Assembly (NCBI RefSeq): GCF_001194135.2
Contig: NC_068991.1
Location: 25,185,328-25,249,327 of the forward strand
Direction: 5' to 3'
DNA from: Octopus bimaculoides
Lineage: Eukaryota
Length of the DNA stretch: 64,000 nucleotides
The first letter of the stretch is position 1. Each line of letters opens with the position of its first letter. Below, one piece after another: positions 35,884 through 48,628 of the stretch. The notes under the pieces were generated by a model. That model was not told the DNA's origin, searched no databases, and worked only from the letters and a program-made list of their open reading frames with translations. The translations under genes were made by a program, and so were the position numbers.

Positions 35884-36140
35884 GTGGAGGCACGTGGCTA
35901 AGTGGTAAGGGTGTTGGACTCATGATTGTAAGATTGCAGTTTCGATTCTTGGACCGGGCGACGCGTTGTGTTCTTGAGAAAAACACTTCATTTCACGTTG
36001 GTCCAATCCACTCAGCTGGCAAAAATGAGCAATCTTGCGACGGCTCGGTGTCCCGTTCAGGTGGGGAATATATACACCATGGAAACCGAGAAATTGGCCC
36101 TAAAGAGTCAGTATGACTCGAGAAGGCAACTAAATCCGTG
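35884..36140 (+). mobile_element. SINE family D with tail type D1
   Basis: TGGCTAAGTGG / GTTTCGATTC boxes; GTTCTTGAGAAAAACACTTCATTTCACGTTGGTCCAATCCACTCAGCTGGC. Confidence 0.8.
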
Positions 36141-36171
36141 TAGCAAGAGTATATGTGGACACTCATGCATA

Positions 36172-36404
36172 TATTTATTCCTTTATTGCCCAAAGGGGGC
36201 TAAACATAGAGGGGACAAACAAGGACAGATAAAGGGTTTCAGTCGATTACATCGACCCCAGTGCGTAGCTGGTACTTATTTAATCGACCCCGAAAGGATG
36301 AAAGGCAAAGTCGACCTCGGCGGAATTTGAACTCAGAACGTAACGGCAGACGAAATACCGCTAGGCATTTCGCCCGGCGTGCTAACGATTCTGTCAGCTC
36401 GCCG
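36172..36404 (-). mobile_element. SINE family C (type-1)
   Basis: High identity to 23204-23432. Confidence 0.88.
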
Positions 36405-36611
36405 ACACTCACGCATATATTAATATACATACGGACTCGTCTTGCCACTTACATACACATGCACATGAACACTTCTCTTATACTCATCGATGTAAATATC
36501 CTTGTATATATAAAATCATATACAGACGTACTCCGTTATGCAGCATCACGGTCCACTTTAAGTTCTATGTCCAAAGTACGGAAAGTTCCAGGTGTCGTGT
36601 AAAATAAGAAC

Positions 36612-36651
<40 letters not shown>

Positions 36652-36764
36652 ATCTATCTGTACTGAGAGAAGTGGTGGGGACATAAAACACAATACTTTA
36701 CTTTAAAAAAGTTCGCTCAATCGTTAAATGTATAAGTTAATAATTGTATTAGGTAAGTACAAAA

Positions 36765-36980
36765 AGGTGGTGAGCTGGCAGAATCGTTTGCACGCCGGGC
36801 AAAATGTTTAGCGGTATTTTGTCCAGCATTACATTCTGAGTTCAAATTGCGTCGAAGTCGACTTTACCTTTCGATCTTTCAGACTCGATAAAGTAGGTAC
36901 CAGTTGAGGACTGAAGTCGGTGTAACTGACCTACTCGCATCCCCGAAATTGCTGGTCTTGTGTCAAGATCTAAAACGAAT
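36765..36980 (+). mobile_element. SINE family C (type-2)
   Basis: GAGCTGGCAGAATCG...GAGTTCAAATTGCG...GAAATTGCTGGTCTTGTG. Confidence 0.8.
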
Positions 36981-38286
36981 TGTAAGAAGCTTAAATCACT
37001 GGATAGAAATTAATCAGAAATATGTAAAATATGTATTGGGGTAAGATGCAATAATGTTGGAATATATGGAACTATTGAAGATACCACTAGTTGGAATTGA
37101 AGGTGGTGGATATTATTAGCAGGTATCAGTAGATAATTAGGGGTAATGAGCACCTAGCATTGCACCTAAGGGACTAATTAATCCCCTGATCCACGAGTGA
37201 TTGCTCCCTAATCACCTTCATTTTAAACGTGTGTAGCTTTCAGATATTCCTCAATCTCATATTTTCTTCCCTCATCAGCTGCACTCTCGATACTCCGTCA
37301 CCTACCTTATCCCACTTAATATCAGGTTAATTAAATATTACTAACTATTAACTCTGTCATCTGCCTGTCTATTTAGTTAATCTTTTCACTTACTGATTTA
37401 TTCATTCGTCCATTTATCCATTTAGTTAATCTAAGTTAAACTTCCTCATAAATACATCCGATAAATAACACCTATCCTCTCTCTCCATTTGTGTTATTCA
37501 ACTATTTTCCAAAGCGTTATTGCGACGATTTTTGGTGTTTTTCGTCTTATTTCCTCATCTTGTTTAACTAGCTTAGCTTATATTTGCACGTTATTCTATA
37601 ACCACCGTCTGTTTCTTTATGAGTCTTTCTTTCTCTCTCCCCCTCTCTCACTTTCTCTCCCCCTCTCTCACTCTCTCTCCCCCTCTCTCACTCTCTCCCC
37701 CTCTCTCCCTCTCTCTCTCCCTCTCTCNNNNNNNNNNNNNNNNNNNNNNNNNNNNNNNNNNNNNNNNNNNNNNNNNNNNNNNNNNNNNNNNNNNNNNNNN
37801 NNNNNNNNNNNNNNNNNNNNNNNNNNNNNNNNNNNNNNNNNNNNNNNNNNNNNNNNNNNNNNNNNNNNNNNNNNNNNNNNNNNNNNNNNNNNNNNNNNNN
37901 NNNNNNNNNNNNNNNNNNNNNNNNNNNNNNNNNNNNNNNNNNNNNNNNNNNNNNNNNNNNNNNNNNNNNNNNNNNNNNNNNNNNNNNNNNNNNNNNNNNN
38001 NNNNNNNNNNNNNNNNNNNNNNNNNNNNNNNNNNNNNNNNNNNNNNNNNNNNNNNNNNNNNNNNNNNNNNNNNNNNNNNNNNNNNNNNNNNNNNNNNNNN
38101 NNNNNNNNNNNNNNNNNNNNNNNNNNNNNNNNNNNNNNNNNNNNNNNNNNNNNNNNNNNNNAGTATAACGCTCGGGAATTGAAAATGTATTTAACGTTTC
38201 GAGCCTACACTCTTCCACAGAAAGGAACACAAAAAGAAACAAGGAGAGAAAAAATGTGTGTAGTGGTCAGCGATCTATCATGGCGA

Positions 38287-38322
<36 letters not shown>

Positions 38323-38608
38323 GCATATTTGGATCTTTCTTCGCATTTATAGCAAACCTAGACATTAACCGTGAACTATAAAAAAACTTTTTTCAGTTTT
38401 CGAACTTTGATATGGGAAAAAACTACAACCCTCTCCGCCAATAAACTATTATTGTTTCTGAAAGTTGTATTTTTTATTCTTATTACGGACTGCTCGATGC
38501 TTATTAACTTCCTACACCTAGATCCTTGGATCTTACAATTACACATCATTACATTCATACATACATACATACATACACACACACGCACACACACACACAC
38601 ATATATAA

Positions 38609-38645
<37 letters not shown>

Positions 38646-38712
38646 AATGCACACTAGCTTCGCTTCCGCACACGTTCAATGTCATAAACCTACCATACGG
38701 GGCCAGAAAAAT

Positions 38713-39447
38713 CGTGCGCGGACAAGATGACAAATGCACTTTTGCCGAAAGACAAGAGACCGAATCCAAGAAGCCGAACAGACACGATGCCGAACGGACA
38801 AAAAGCCGAACGGACAGAATAATAATAATAATAATAAATTCCTACCTACATAGTTTAATGGCCATTTTAGTCTGTCAAACAGTCGTTGTTGTTGTTGGCA
38901 CTCCGTCGCTTACGACGTCGAGGGTTCCAGGTGATCCGATCAACGGAACAGCCTGCTCGTGAAATTAACGTGCAAGTGGCTGAGCACTCCACATACACGT
39001 GTACCTTTAATGTAGTTCTCGGGGATATTCAGCGTGACACAGTGTGACAAGGCTGGCCCTTTGAAATACAGGTACAACAGAAACAGGAAGTAAAAGTGAG
39101 AGAAAGTTGTGGTGGAAGAGTACAGAAGGGTTCGCCACCATCCCCTGCCGGAGCCTCGTGGAGCTTTAGGTGTTTTCGGTCAATAAACACTCACAACGCC
39201 CGGTCTGGGAATCGAAACCGCGATCCTATGATCGCGAGTCCACTGCCCTAACCACTGGGCCATTGCGCCTCCACGTCAAACGGTCACATTGTAGGAATAA
39301 AACGATTATCATATATTTTAATTCTCGTATGTCTTTTCGGCTTCTTGGCCGTTCGGCTTTATATCCGTTCGGCATTGTGTCTGTTCGGCTCCTTGGCTTC
39401 GGCTTCTTGTCCTTCGGCAAACGTGCATTTGGCATCCCGTCCGTGTA
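38713..39447. mobile_element. Non-autonomous DNA transposon (MITE) with ~110-bp TIRs built of GCCGAA subrepeats, interrupted by a SINE
   Basis: 38713-38820 is inverted relative to 39326-39447; direct repeat CCAGAAAAAT at 38703-38712 and 39448-39457. Confidence 0.8.
38885..39274 (-). mobile_element. SINE family A nested in the MITE
   Basis: Full length; TSD GTCAAAC(A/G)GTC at 38874-38884 and 39275-39285. Confidence 0.9.
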
Positions 39448-41662
39448 CCAGAAAAATTAATCATACCTTGAGTTCCAAGTCTTTTCAAAACAACACCCAA
39501 TGACCTGAGGCCGTTGAACAACAGATTTGACTTTCAAGCTGACTCTAATTTTATATACGTTTATGCACCCTACTCTGAATACAGCTATATCTGTCGGAGA
39601 AAAAGGAAAAGGGGAGGTCACTCAATTTAGGCGACGAGAAGGCTGAGTCAATCAATTCTCTCACCAGAAAAATATCCTTTGATAATGATAACATACCAAC
39701 AAGTGGTGGCTCTCTACGTAGTCGCTTTACTTACTAGAAATAACTATCTAATATCCATCCAATCACTGCTAAAATGAGATATATTGGATAATATAATCTT
39801 GGATATCCAGGGTTAGAAATATAGATAGAATTGTCACTGTGTGGAGGTTTTCTTTGAGACATTGTCTAACCAGAATTTTATTATTCCAATACAACCCCGA
39901 ATGTTTTTTAGGATTTCAGGAAAATTTGACTATTAGTTCAGATTTCTCGTTAATTGTTATGCATGTGTGTATGTGGTATGGTTGGAATTAGAACCTTTTG
40001 TGAACCTGACGTTAAATGTTCAAATATGTTATTCTTATTCCTAACAGGTCAAAAGTATGATCAAATACATTTGAGCCACGACGTTCTCGCTTTTCCACTT
40101 ATTAGAAACTGCATTGTCCAATGTGCCCTTTTTTGTAGAAATGGTATGGTATGATTTTAGGGAGATTCCACTGTTATTTCTAGCAAACCGATCAGTCACT
40201 TCGAGACATCTTTCATTCGAGGTTTCGAGTGCAGAAGTGATTGGCGTTGAGGGGCAAAACTGGGGAAATGTTTATAAACATATGTACTAGGGCGATAACA
40301 GGAAAGTTCATTAGGTACACGGTTCCGGGTGGGGCACAACTCCTTGAATTCTAAGAGTACCTCTCGGAATTCAAAGGCATTTTTGGGTCGTCTTTGGCAA
40401 TTTTTTGTCAAAGTCATTGGGTATGTGTCTGTGTGTGAGAGTGTGTATAAGTGTGTATATGTCAGTACGTTGTGTTAGGTTGTGTGTTAGTGTGTGTGAG
40501 TGTGCGTCTATTAGTGTGTGTAAGTGTGTGAGTGTGTGTGTGAGTGAGTGTGAGCTTGTGTGCGTGTATTCGTGTGATTGTTTGCGCTTGAGGGTGTATG
40601 TGAGTGTGTGTAGGAGTTTGTGAGTGAGTATCAGTGTGCGTGAGAGTGTGTGGGAGAGTGTGTGGGAGAGTGTTTGTGTGTGTATGTGTGAATGCACATG
40701 CATGTGTATATGTATGTGTGATGTGAATGTGCATAGGTATGTGGAGTGCGTGGTGTGTGCGTGTTTCAGTGTGTTTGAGTGCGTGCGTGTGGTGTGCATC
40801 TATGTACACCATCTGTGTGATGTTTGTTTGTGACGTGTTGGGTTGTGCCTGTGAGTGTATCAAGAATAAAGTGAAAGAATGTTTAATGAAGAACTGAATG
40901 TATAGAATTATGATGGCTGCCGTTATAATTAGCAGCGAAAGTTCGCAAACGTATGAACATGTTTGAGAGAAGCTGCAAGAATGAATGAATGTATGTTACG
41001 TGTGTACGCGCGCGCGACACACACACACGCACATAGATGGACACAGGTACATACATATATATAGGTGTATATAGATGAATGAATAGATACGAAGATACAC
41101 ACACACCCATATATTTACATGTGTGTGGGTGCATATGTATGTAGGTATGTATATGTGTCTGCGACTGTATGGATGCACATACACACACACACACATATCA
41201 AACTGATGTTCAAAATAAAGACCACAAAATAACTACATTTGGTTTATTTATAAATCAGCAAAAATAAGATAAAACTAATTATCAAAATTTAGCAATAAAA
41301 AGAAAAAGAAAAAAAGACAAGGAGTTTCATTAAAATGTAAACACGCAGTGAAACCTGCTCACGTGACAACAAACGTAAATATGTATGGCGGCTCGTTCAG
41401 CGGAACGAAAAAGTCATGTAAATTGATGGCGCTAGCTACATATAATTACCAGAAGTAAATAACTGATAAAATATGGCGACATTTAACATAAATCAGTCTT
41501 TCTATCGTTCAAATATACCTTCTCTATTTCTTATTAATATCTCTTTTATCATTTGTCCTCCTTATTTGCCTATAGGTATATATGTGTGTGAGTTTTTGTT
41601 TGTGCGCATACACTCACGCAAACCTTACGTGGTGCGCGCGCGCGCACACACGCACACACACA

Positions 41663-41699
<37 letters not shown>

Positions 41700-41797
41700 G
41701 TGTTTATATGCAAGTATATTACAAATAAGTATGTATATGTAAACATATATATATATATATATATAGCGGTGTACGTACACTTTTGGTCTCCTGCATG

Positions 41798-41831
<34 letters not shown>

Positions 41832-41875
41832 TGTATGTATGTATGTATGTATGTATATATGTATGTATGTATGTA

Positions 41876-41924
<49 letters not shown>

Positions 41925-42063
41925 AGAGAAAAACGCATAGTAAATACACAAATGGAGGATAAAAACGTATAACGTCTATTGAGTGCACAAACGGACGGAA
42001 GATAGTCACAGAAGGTCCCTAATTCGTCATCAGTTATCAACCAGATGGTATTACTCAGTTTCG

Positions 42064-42096
<33 letters not shown>

Positions 42097-42097
<1 letters not shown>

Positions 42098-42519
42098 TAG
42101 CAAATTGAAAGACAGAAGATGGAATATACTAGAATTTATTGTTATTCACGACAATTGTTTCGATACATCTAGTATCGATTCCTCTTGGGTGGGACACTCA
42201 ACAACTGGTTCAGGTGTATCCGGTGGTACAGATGTTTCTCGCCCGGTGATAAGTAAATGCAACTCGTTAAAATGACTGTTCTGCAATGTAACTTTCCGTT
42301 TCGTAGAGAGAAAAGTACCCAGACGGAGAAAACGTCTTCATTTATATAGAAGATCAAAAATAAAATCACAAATGGCAAAAAAGTGAAACGAACACGCAAT
42401 CTAGCCTGAAAAAGTATTAAAAATACTCAAAGAGGAATCGATGCTAGATGTGTCGAAACAATTGTCGTGATTAACAATAAATTCTCGTATATTCTATCTT
42501 CTGTCTTTCATTTGCTATA
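42097..42519. repeat. ~95-bp inverted repeat pair around a 235-bp spacer
   Basis: 42097-42190 versus 42425-42519; each arm contains GAAACAATTGTC followed by AATAAA. Confidence 0.8.
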
Positions 42520-42849
42520 TACCTAACGATCACTGTGAAAGTGACCGTGCTTTGCCAGTAAGCTACCAGGTGTAAACCATTCGTTTTANNNNNNNNNNNN
42601 NNNNNNNNNNNNNNNNNNNNNNNNNNNNNNNNNNNNNNNNNNNNNNNNNNNNNNNNNNNNNNNNNNNNNNNNNNNNNNNNNNNNNNNNNNNNNNNNNNNN
42701 NNNNNNNNNNNNNNNNNNNNNNNNNNNNNNNNNNNNNNNNNNNNNNNNNNNNNNNNNNNNNNNNNNNNNNNNNNNNNNNNNNNNNNNNNNNNTATATATG
42801 CAAAAGAAGTTGAAAATTCACTGGGATTGGTTTAGATTCTTGTTAATTT

Positions 42850-43200
42850 TAAATTTTTAAATACTTAACCGGTTTTACAGATTTTTCTGATTTTCAGAAG
42901 TTGAAATAGAAGGACCTGGAGCTACGCTGCAATTGTCTTGCTTCTGATAGGGTTTCTAGAATTGTGTTGTTTTTATAGAGAGAATATGTCTCAATTAGTA
43001 TCTGTTTTGGATACGATTTGACTGGCCGAGGATAATCACGTGATTAGGTTTGAAAAATGTTTGTAAGTTCCATGCTGCGTCCTTTCTTTAATGTCATGTG
43101 GAAATATGTTTGGCGCCACAAGGTTTCTATTTGTTTGGCAAGATTCTTGATGTGAATTCGTGTATTGAAACAAATCTTGTTGAACCTAGGGAAGGTCATC
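42850..43200 (-). mobile_element. Possible decayed non-LTR retrotransposon RT C-terminal fragment
   Basis: Translation HIKNLAKQIETLWRQ...LKK...LTNIFQT loosely resembles the post-RT region of I/Jockey-type LINEs. Confidence 0.3.
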
Positions 43201-44124
43201 ATGCCAAAAATAATGACACGCACTAGTTCAAAACCACTTCTTCATTTTACAAATATAACTATCCAATGGTATGATCAATATGTTAATTGAACAATCGATC
43301 GATTGTTTTATCGCTGTCAGAGTCCTTTCGCCACTATTCGCACCATTATTCTTCAAAGCCATCTTTGAATCTGTCTGAGAACTAGTGTTATGCCTATGTA
43401 TGTATTTGTATGTATGTATGTATGTAGGTAGGTAGGTAGGCATGTATGTAATTGTGTGAATGTTTACATATGTGTGCGCGTTCTGGCGCGTGTATGTGTG
43501 TGGACGCATATACATGTAAATGTGGTGTCGTCAGTTGGTTTTTGAATAGGCATGCGTGTGTGCGTTTGTGTGTGTGTGCGTTTGTGTGTGTGTGTGTGTC
43601 TCCCCGCCTATGTATGTGTGTGTATGTGCCTTCCCGCGTATGTATGTGTGTGTGCGTGAGAATGTGTGTGCGCGTGAGCTTGTGTGTGTGTGCGCGTGTG
43701 CATGTGTGTGTGTGCGTGAGCATGTGTGTGCGTGTGCTATTGCATGTCTGTGTGTGTGTTCATGTGTGTGTGCGCAGATGTGTGGGTGTGGTTGTGTAGT
43801 TTTATGCGTGCATGGTTGTGTTCTAGAATTTGCGTGGATGTATATGGTTATGTACTGGAATTGTTCATAATAACGTATTTATAATTATGCATTTTCGTTT
43901 ATCCTGCTGTCATTCTAACACTACCCTATACCTACCTACCTACACTCACACATACCCGCCCAAGCACATGTGTTGCGTGTGTAGCGGAAGTGACCTTGTG
44001 GTTCTGTTATGCACTATGTATATTTTCTATTTAGCGTTGGCATATATATATATATATATATATATAAGCAAAAATGCTACTTCTAAAATCTCTCTAAGAG
44101 ATCGACACAGTAGTTGGACTGACA

Positions 44125-44395
44125 AGTAATATTCATAGCCATTTTAACATGGCTGTCCGTTCGAGCAATTTACTATTCAATATAATCGAACATGTATGGC
44201 ACATTTTGGAGAAAGAAATGAGGAGCCACTCACCACCCTGCCATCGTCTCTTAAAGAGTGAAAGAATCTTTTACTTGAAGTGCTTGATATCCTCCTAGCG
44301 ACCGATCAAAGCGCTTATGAGTCAATTCCGCGACGTATTAAAGCTGCAAATATTGTGATAGTGAACCAACACCGTTTTGAATAATAAAGCCAACA
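44125..44395 (+). mobile_element. Tc1-like transposase 3' fragment
   Basis: NIIEHVWHILEKEMR...AYESIPRRIKAA resembles Tc1 SPDLNxIEHVW...LxESxPRRI. A Tc1-like TIR remnant lies at about 41765-41795. Confidence 0.7.
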
Positions 44396-44525
44396 TTAAA
44401 CAAGTTCGAGAGAATCAAGAAGGGATATTTTCGATGATACGTGTGTGTGCTCGATGAGGCTAGACTTGCAATCTAACGGAAACTGCTTAGATTTATGAGC
44501 CTTCATAAGGCATGCAAGACTCATA

Positions 44526-44910
44526 TGTTGTTGGCACTCCGTCGCTTACGACGTCGAGCGTTCCAGTTGATCCGATCAACGGAACAGCCTGCTCGTGAAA
44601 TTAACGTGCAAGTAGCTGAGCACTCCACAGACACGTGTACCCTTAACGTAGTTCTCGGGGATATTCAGCGTGACACAGTGTGACAAGGCTGACCCTTTGA
44701 AATACAGGTACAACAGAAACAGGAAGTAAGAGTGAGAGAAAGTTGTGGTGAAAGAGTACAGCAGGGTTCACCACCATCCCCTGCCAGAGCCTCGTGGAGC
44801 TGTAGGTGTTTTCACTCAATAAACATTCACAACGCCCGGTCTGGGAATCGAAACCGCAATCCTTTGACCGCGAGTCCGCTGCCCTAACCACTGGGCCATT
44901 GCGCCTCCAC
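44526..44910 (-). mobile_element. SINE family A inserted into the tail of a family D SINE
   Basis: Perfect 12-bp TSD GCAAGACTCATA at 44514-44525 and 44911-44922. Confidence 0.9.
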
Positions 44911-44922
44911 GCAAGACTCATA

Positions 44923-45180
44923 AGGCAGTACCTTAACCACCGGTTTCCATGGCGTATAAATGATTGAGATTACAACATTATACTCGTTCTCGGAAGGGGC
45001 ACTGGTCTGACGCAAGTTTAAATTCCAAGCTATTGCTGGAACTTATTTTACTGCTGAATGGACTGCAGCAACGTGAAATGAAATGTTTTGCTGAAGAAAA
45101 CACAACGCAGTGCACAACCCAGGAATTGAAACCACGATTTTACAACAGCGAGTCCAACACCATAACCACCAGACCACATA
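44923..45180 (-). mobile_element. SINE family D (tail D1)
   Basis: GGTTTCCATGG tail; GCAACGTGAAATGAAATGTTTTGCTGAAGAAAACACAACG middle; tRNA-like head. Confidence 0.7.
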
Positions 45181-45899
45181 CTTTCAAAACAAAACCACAA
45201 AAAAAGGAAACAGTAATAACATCAAAATGAAAAACAGCAAAACTTACCGTAGTATCAAAAGCAGCAACACCACCAACAAACAACAATAACAGCAACACCA
45301 GCAATATATCAATAACAAAAACTAGTATAAGAAAATATCTTTTTTTTTACTGTTAGTTATGATGACGTTGAAGATGAGAGATAAGGAAGCTTCTGCTTAG
45401 AAGCGAAGTGTATTATTATTGAGTCGGTCAGTCTCCTTTAAGAAAGTTATCAGTTTACTCTGTGATATTTCGGTCTATAACATTGATATGCGAAGTAAGA
45501 AAGATAAATGCACAACTTTTAGCATCTGTTCAACAAATCTCCGTATGTGTAGTCGCCATATTGCTCATTTCAGGGCTTAAAGAATTTACTGCTGCTAAAG
45601 TAAAACCCCTTGAGGCCACACTTTCAGTTATTTGAATACAATCTTAACTATTTTCTTAAAGGCCTTATCACATATGTTTAGCAAGTCTTAAAGATGTTGT
45701 TTTGTTAATTATGTAGGTATTTATGTAGGTGTTATTAAAAGTATTCAATGGACCCAGAAGCTCTTGATAGACACATACAAATGGAGATAATAAATGTTTC
45801 TTTGCGTGGCTTGTTTATATTTTTTCACATCTTTAGATAGACAGAAAATAGTGGAAATATTCAACGTAACTAAAGCTGTCCGACTAGAAATATCAATAA

Positions 45900-47620
45900 C
45901 AAAGTTGGATCAAGAATTCACAATTTTCCGCTCTCCGTTTAAACTCAGTCTTGCATGATATCTTCATATAAAAAATTTATTTTAATTCTTTCATTGTATT
46001 ATTTTCCTTAACCATTTTAATATTATCTCAGTTTCAGTCAATTCTTTGAATCTGCTCCGTTTCAGAAAATACTATTTCAGATGCTATTTATTCAGGCTAC
46101 ATGTTTTTCCTCGGGGAAGTTTTAAGATGTTGGCGTAATCGTGTTTTTTCTAGTGCAGAGAAATTTTAGTGCAAGTTTAACTTGCTTATATTCTTTATCA
46201 TAATTAGTTGCAGTTGATCATAGAGAAGTAGCGTAGTTTACCGGAAAAAATACATGATATCTTTTGAAAATTGCTAAGCTGTTTGCAATACTGTTGGGCA
46301 CATACTATTAAATTAACGATGTTGACAATGGCCTGGGAGAAGTGCATGCCAGTTAATACTGTTGAAGTTTTATAAATTATTTATAAATTACAAAAATAAG
46401 CTGAATATTGCCGTAAGGAAGGTGAAAACTTGTTGCAAAACCAATTGTTAATGGATCAAGCTGAAATTTGCTTGATTTTTAGTCATGCTCTGCTAAATAT
46501 TAACAGAAAGCAAGTTGAAAGAAAACCTTTGATGTAACACTCTTATTAAGAAATGCCATTAATGCGACAACGACTAATGAGATCATAGCTAGAAGCTAAC
46601 AAGGGGCCTCCCATGGGAGGGGGTGTCACTAAATATGCTAGACATAACAGCTAAATTTTCATCAACGAATATCCAGCTGTCTAAAACAAATGAAAGGTTT
46701 CCTTCAATAATTTAGACATAGAAACATTTGCTTGGAAAAAGATGGAGCAGTCATGAATGAAATGTATTTCCTGTAGGTCTACTCAGAGTTGACCTGGGGT
46801 TAAGCTGCAACAACAAGAAACTTAGATGCAGGGACATATTAGGTGGAAGTTACTGATACAAATATCCTAAAACGAGTCCTGAAATATTAACATTAATGAT
46901 ATACATGTAGGGGAGGCCTTGGTTTATTACTTTTTATATATATATAACAACCCGAACATAAATGAGAAAAATTACATCTTTAATTTTTGATTACACCATA
47001 CATTACTCGTGATTATTTCTATAATAAATAAGTAAATAGAATCTACAACTATCAAAATATATTTCTATATGTCTCAAATAATATTAATCCAAATTCCTTT
47101 AGGTTGAAGACAATCTTTGACTATTACAATAACATACAACAACAATATAAAAGTATATAAATTAAGTATCAGGGTCTTACTTAATCTAGAGACGATAATA
47201 AAACGTGTAAACCATATAAATGATAATATAGTATTATATTGGTAATATATAACAATCTTTCTCTTTTATTGATATAAGAAGAAGAAAAATGTGTAAAGTA
47301 ACTAACAAAAAATGTTCTTTATTTACTTAGTTTATCGGAGGGAGAATTTCGTAATAAATATGAAGAGAAACTTAGAGCTACAGTAATTACAACATATATT
47401 ACCCCATAGATATAGAGTTAAGCTATGATAATGGACATCAAAATATCACTAGTTTTTCAAAAGTTACCATATTTGAAGTTATTTAAATAAGGATTACTCA
47501 CAGTAACTAACAAGTAAATGTCTCTATATATGTATACCATAGAAGGGAAAACTCAGTAAATAAAATAAAGTAAGATAAGCAACAACAAGGATTGTGTACC
47601 TATCCATGAAGAGATCTAAT
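45900..47620 (+). mobile_element. Highly decayed Penelope-like (Neptune-type) remnant
   Basis: Scattered fragments NTVEV, KKTFDVT, RLKTIFD and LSLSEGEFRNKY resemble FDVTMG and YIGLTEGEFKxRY motifs in the expected order; many stops. Confidence 0.35.
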
Positions 47621-47671
47621 CCATATTATTTTTTAAATAAAGAACTATAAATAGTATATATATACAAATTT

Positions 47672-48628
47672 TATCATTGTCATGAAGAATGATTGGACCT
47701 CTTCTGTTGACCACTCTGGGACGGAGGAATAGCAGTTTTTCGTTCATTTTGGAAATTACATGGCAATATGTTTTTTTTTTGCAGTAATGTTTTTCCGGGT
47801 TTTAGATGTTATAGTGGATGAGTTCAGCAGTACACCACCAAACAGTCACCATAACTTTCTTTTTGAAGAGCTCGGGTTTAGCGAAGATTTTCGGTGCTTT
47901 ATTTTGGTTCAGCCGCTGCGAAGAACGTTTTTTTATTATTGTACAAAATCCACTTTTCATCGCAAATTACAATACGGTCGAGAAATGGATCGGTCTGGCA
48001 ACAGAGAAGAAGTGACGGTCAAGTTTCATATCTGCACATTTTCTGATTTTCATTCAAATCGTGTGGTACCCATTTGTCGAGCTTTTTTGATTTTCCGATC
48101 GCATGCAAATGGTTGCAGGCAGTTTTCTGGCTAACTTGAAGTTCTTTTGNNNNNNNNNNNNNNNNNNNNNNNNNNNNNNNNNNNNNNNNNNNNNNNNNNN
48201 NNNNNNNNNNNNNNNNNNNNNNNNNNNNNNNNNNNNNNNNNNNNNNNNNNNNNNNNNNGGGTCTTTCTCAATGACGGTCCTTAAGGCCCAGTTCTCCACT
48301 GCGAAATCGATTAAACCATTTTCGAGCTGACGACTCACTGGTCATTTCCTCACCAAACGATATTGTGAGCAGTTTCAGCTGCTTTACATCCTCTTTTGAA
48401 GTTGAATAGTAAAATTGCTCGAATATCGCGCTTTGACATTTTCATTTCAGATGATTGTAACAACGGTGAAAAAAATATCAATGTTAATTTATTGATGCAT
48501 TTGAGCAAGTCTATGTCTGTATTATCAAACAATTGCAAAATAATGCTTTAAAAAAATTCAAAACTCTGCAAAAATCCGGCATAAATTCTTCATGGTTCAA
48601 AACTTTGCTTACTTTTAACTCAACCTGA
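47672..48628 (-). mobile_element. mariner transposase pseudogene (5' TIR to second catalytic Asp; 3' truncated)
   Basis: TIR-like TCAGGTTGAGTTAAAAGTAAGC; MSKRDIRAILLFNFKRGCKAAETA; KWFNRFRSGE; KWVPHDL; DPFLDRIVICDEKWILY; KVMVTVWW; IILHDN. Confidence 0.85.

Noticed and set aside
40196-40417. 73-aa minus-strand ORF in comparatively GC-rich unique sequence
   Set aside because: No recognisable motif in any frame and no convincing splice sites; its start lies at the edge of a TG repeat.
47760-48134. Plus-strand 124-aa ORF
   Set aside because: Antisense shadow of the minus-strand mariner pseudogene.
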